Positions 61,456-64,000 of a stretch of DNA of 64,000 nt are shown one piece after another; the stretch's first letter is position 1, and each line of letters begins with the position of its first letter. Origin of the DNA: Thermodesulfobacteriota bacterium (GTDB taxonomy: Bacteria > Desulfobacterota_D > UBA1144 > Nemesobacterales > Nemesobacteraceae); NCBI GenBank assembly GCA_965116725.1, contig OZ220700.1, positions 628,923 to 692,922 on the forward strand, in the 5' to 3' direction. The position numbers and the translations under genes are program-made. The notes under the pieces were generated by a model. It saw only the letters and a program-made list of their open reading frames with translations, did not search any database and had not been told where the DNA came from.

Positions 61456-62772
61456 TCAGGTCTTCTGAGCGGTCGCGGTTCTAAATACCCTGCCGATCCA
61501 CTGCTCTATGTTCTTGCGCGAGGTCTTCCCTATAAGTTCCCTCACTTCTTGCATGGGAATCACGGCCTTGGCGTAGGATCTGTGTCCTCCGGCGCTTCCT
61601 ATTTCGTCAAAAAGCTCGAAAAGCAGCCGCCCGGCGCTCCTGACGGACCCGCTGTTTCTTACGGACATAACCACATGGGAACCGGAAACAATCCCGAAGG
61701 CAACAGACCAGTTGACCCCCTCCACCTTCATCCCCATGTCAGCCACCTGGGCAATAAGATGTTCCTTCTCTATCCTTCCCAGGTTCATGAAAATTATTCC
61801 GTCATTTATCCAGTGTCTTGAGAGCGCCTGGCCGTAATGCTTGATCTCTTCTGAATACAGGGTTTTAGACTCTATTTTCCTGAGCAAACCCAGGTCAGCC
61901 TGATTGTAGAGATATGTGAACGCTTCAAGGTCGTCAAGATCCGCACCCCTGTTGAGAATCATGGTGTCGGTTTTTATACCGTAGAGAAGCGCGGTCGAGA
62001 GTTTCGCGGAAATCTCAACCTGTGCGGCCCTGAGGAGCCGGGTCATGATCGTCGCGGTAGCTCCTTCCTCGGAACTTATCTCTGTGAATTTCGCATCGCA
62101 TTCGGGGGTTATCGGATGATGGTCGATCACCGAATCGATATCTGTAATCTCGCCTCTGAAATAAGAAGGCTGCACATCGACAAGCGCTATGGAATCGAAA
62201 TTCTTTATATCATTGGGGGAAATCACCTGCAAGCCTATGTCCATATGCTCCACCATGGCCACGTTCTCGGGTCTTGAAATTTTCTCCCCCAAGTAGCCTA
62301 TGGTCGCCGTTTTCCTGTTCCTTCTAAGAAGGGTCCGAAGGGCCATGGCGCTTGCGATCGCGTCCGGGTCGGGCTGGTTATGAACGAGTATGAGAAGCTT
62401 TTTCGCGTCGCGGTGAACCTCTCTTATCAGTCTTACGGAGATATCGGACCTCGCGAGCTTCTCCTCAAAGGATATCTGGCTGTCGGCGACTTCGTCGAAT
62501 CTCACGTATCGCGCTGTATAGCCACTCTTGCGCCGCCTACCGTCGGCGGAAACAACTATCGGGCTCGTGGGATAACTGCGAGCAAGGGATGCCAGAAACT
62601 CCTTGGTTGCAAATTTGTTGTTTACGACTATAAGCGTAAAGGCTCCCTTCCGCTTGAACACGTCATCAGGAGAATCAAGCTCTGTTACCTGACCCCTGTT
62701 CTTAAAAAGACTCATCAGGAGAATGTCAAATTCTCCGATGAACATATACCGCCTTTTCCCGTTCGTACTCAT
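61456..62772 (-). CDS. DHH/DHHA1 family phosphoesterase (NrnA-like) with an N-terminal extension of about 100 aa
   Basis: DHH motifs (HNQPDPDAIAS, VIDHHP). DHHA1 GGH motif (GSAGGHRSYAKA). Confidence 0.7.
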   Translation of the reverse strand: MSTNGKRRYMFIGEFDILLMSLFKNRGQVTELDSPDDVFKRKGAFTLIVVNNKFATKEFLASLARSYPTSPIVVSADGRRRKSGYTARYVRFDEVADSQISFEEKLARSDISVRLIREVHRDAKKLLILVHNQPDPDAIASAMALRTLLRRNRKTATIGYLGEKISRPENVAMVEHMDIGLQVISPNDIKNFDSIALVDVQPSYFRGEITDIDSVIDHHPITPECDAKFTEISSEEGATATIMTRLLRAAQVEISAKLSTALLYGIKTDTMILNRGADLDDLEAFTYLYNQADLGLLRKIESKTLYSEEIKHYGQALSRHWINDGIIFMNLGRIEKEHLIAQVADMGMKVEGVNWSVAFGIVSGSHVVMSVRNSGSVRSAGRLLFELFDEIGSAGGHRSYAKAVIPMQEVRELIGKTSRKNIEQWIGRVFRTATAQKT

Positions 62773-62793
62773 CGTATCTGGAATTCAGAACAT

Positions 62794-63595
62794 CTATCTG
62801 TAGCAGGCGGCGCTAAGTTCCTCCGTGAAGCTTGAAATCCTGCCCAGCATTTCCTGCCTTTCCTCTCCACCGCTCTCGATTATTCTCACAAGGGCGCTCC
62901 CCACGATAACAGCATCGGAAAAAGAGGCTATCGCGGCAGCCTGACGCGCGGAGGACACCCCGAAACCTACCCCGACGGGAAGCTCCGAGCGGCGCTTTAT
63001 TCTTTCCACCAGATCCTCAAGATCGTAGTCCATGTCAGGACGCGCTCCCGTAACCCCTGTGACCGAAACCACGTAGATAAAACCCGAGGCGTTTTGCGAT
63101 ACCATCTCTATCCTTTCTTCGGTACTCGTAGGGGCAAGCAAAAAGATGCGGTCAAGCCCCTCCTTGCTCGACATGGACGCTCAGTTCCCCGGCTTCCTCG
63201 GGCGGAAGATCAACGACCAGAACTCCGTCCGCTCCCGCCTCGCGGGCGTCGCGCGCGAATCGCTCGGTACCATAGGAGAAAAAAGGGTTGTAGTAGCCGA
63301 AAAGTATCACGGGAATATCCGAGCGGGACCTTATCCTTTTAACAAGCGAAAGCACGTCGGAGAGGGATGTCGAGTTAGCAAGAGCCCGTTCCGAAGCAGC
63401 CTGAATCACCGGCCCGTCCGCCATGGGGTCCGAGAAGGGTATGCCGATTTCCACAATGTCGACACCGCTTGCCTCCATGTGATCAATGATCTGCTCGGTC
63501 AAATCGATATCGGGATCCCCGGCGGTAACATAGCAGATTAAAGCCGCTTTGTTTTTCTCCCGAAGTTCGCGGAATTTTTCCTTTATCCTTCCCAT
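62794..63595 (-). pseudogene. trpA: Tryptophan synthase alpha chain, interrupted by a 1-nt frameshift in a G4/C4 homopolymer (63157-63160)
   Basis: The N-terminal ORF (63152-63595) and C-terminal ORF (62794-63174) both match TrpA and lie in adjacent frames. Removing one G from the GGGG run gives a continuous ...PPEEAGELSVHVEQGGLDRIFLLAPTSTEE... TrpA. Confidence 0.8.
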
Positions 63596-63744
63596 GTGCT
63601 TTTATAAGAAACCGGCAGTCTGGAAACGCAGAAATCGCAAGCAAACAGAATAAAAAAAGAACCTCCAACCTTCGGAAGCTTTATATACGCGCGTATGGTT
63701 ATTGTCAAGCGGGTGGCGGGGAAGAAAAACCGGTCCGCGCCGCT

Positions 63745-64000
63745 TCATATAAGAGAGGAAGCGGTATGTATGTCTTTATCCCCCCTGCCGGAGAGACAGA
63801 CAACTATAATTTGCTCGGGGGACATGGACGGAGCGATTTTACGCACGTGGGCTATCGCGTGTGCGGTTTCAAGCGCGGGTATTATTCCCTCTACTTCCGA
63901 GAGATAGGAAAACGCCGAGAGCGCTTCTTCGTCCGTTACGGAAACGTAATCGACCTCACCCGCGTCCTGGAAATACGAATGCTCGGGACCCACGCCCGGG
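63745..64000 (-). CDS. trpB: Tryptophan synthase beta chain, C-terminal part; the gene continues beyond the window
   Basis: [11 protein letters not shown] ... [11 protein letters not shown] is the TrpB C-terminal signature. The reading frame is open to the window edge. Confidence 0.8.
   Translation of the reverse strand, partial: PGVGPEHSYFQDAGEVDYVSVTDEEALSAFSYLSEVEGIIPALETAHAIAHVRKIAPSMSPEQIIVVCLSGRGDKDIHTASSLI

Overview
This is a 64 kb chromosomal segment from a Gram-negative (diderm) bacterium. It is gene-dense on both strands, with no transposase, integrase or CRISPR array. It has two kinds of content. The housekeeping and nitrogen-assimilation genes are: ntrB (partial) and ntrC, rnc, glnB-glnA, tig-clpP-clpX, ilvNC, pssA-psd, bolA-grxD, tyrS, gltBD, nadE, argC, birA and trpBA. 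There are also four tRNAs and a clearly recognisable RNase P RNA. The envelope and accessory systems are: (i) a type II secretion (T2SS) operon gspCDEFGHIJK that abuts tRNA-Leu; it lacks gspL, gspM and gspO in the window and follows a C39-like (BtrH_N) gene. (ii) A C39-like / DUF1152 divergent gene pair. (iii) An iron-uptake locus. I think this locus is the most interesting part. It encodes a cytochrome c-FTR1 fusion permease, a divergent porin, a secreted FMN-binding protein with a TGATIS flavinylation motif, a His-rich 4-TM protein, and an ApbE FAD:protein FMN transferase. Together these look like an extracytosolic flavin-based electron-transfer module coupled to FTR1 iron import. (iv) A TonB-dependent receptor and a btuFCD-like ABC importer. 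(v) A translationally coupled adenylate-forming ligase + ACP pair. Other specific observations: trpA is split by a single-base indel in a G4 run (63157-63160). There is a perfect NtrC 17-bp box (TGCAC-N7-GTGCA) upstream of glnB. A consensus sigma70 promoter drives tRNA-Met. A strong 11-bp hairpin lies between convergent genes at about 17.0 kb. ntrC and rnc are convergent with only 3 bp between their stop codons.
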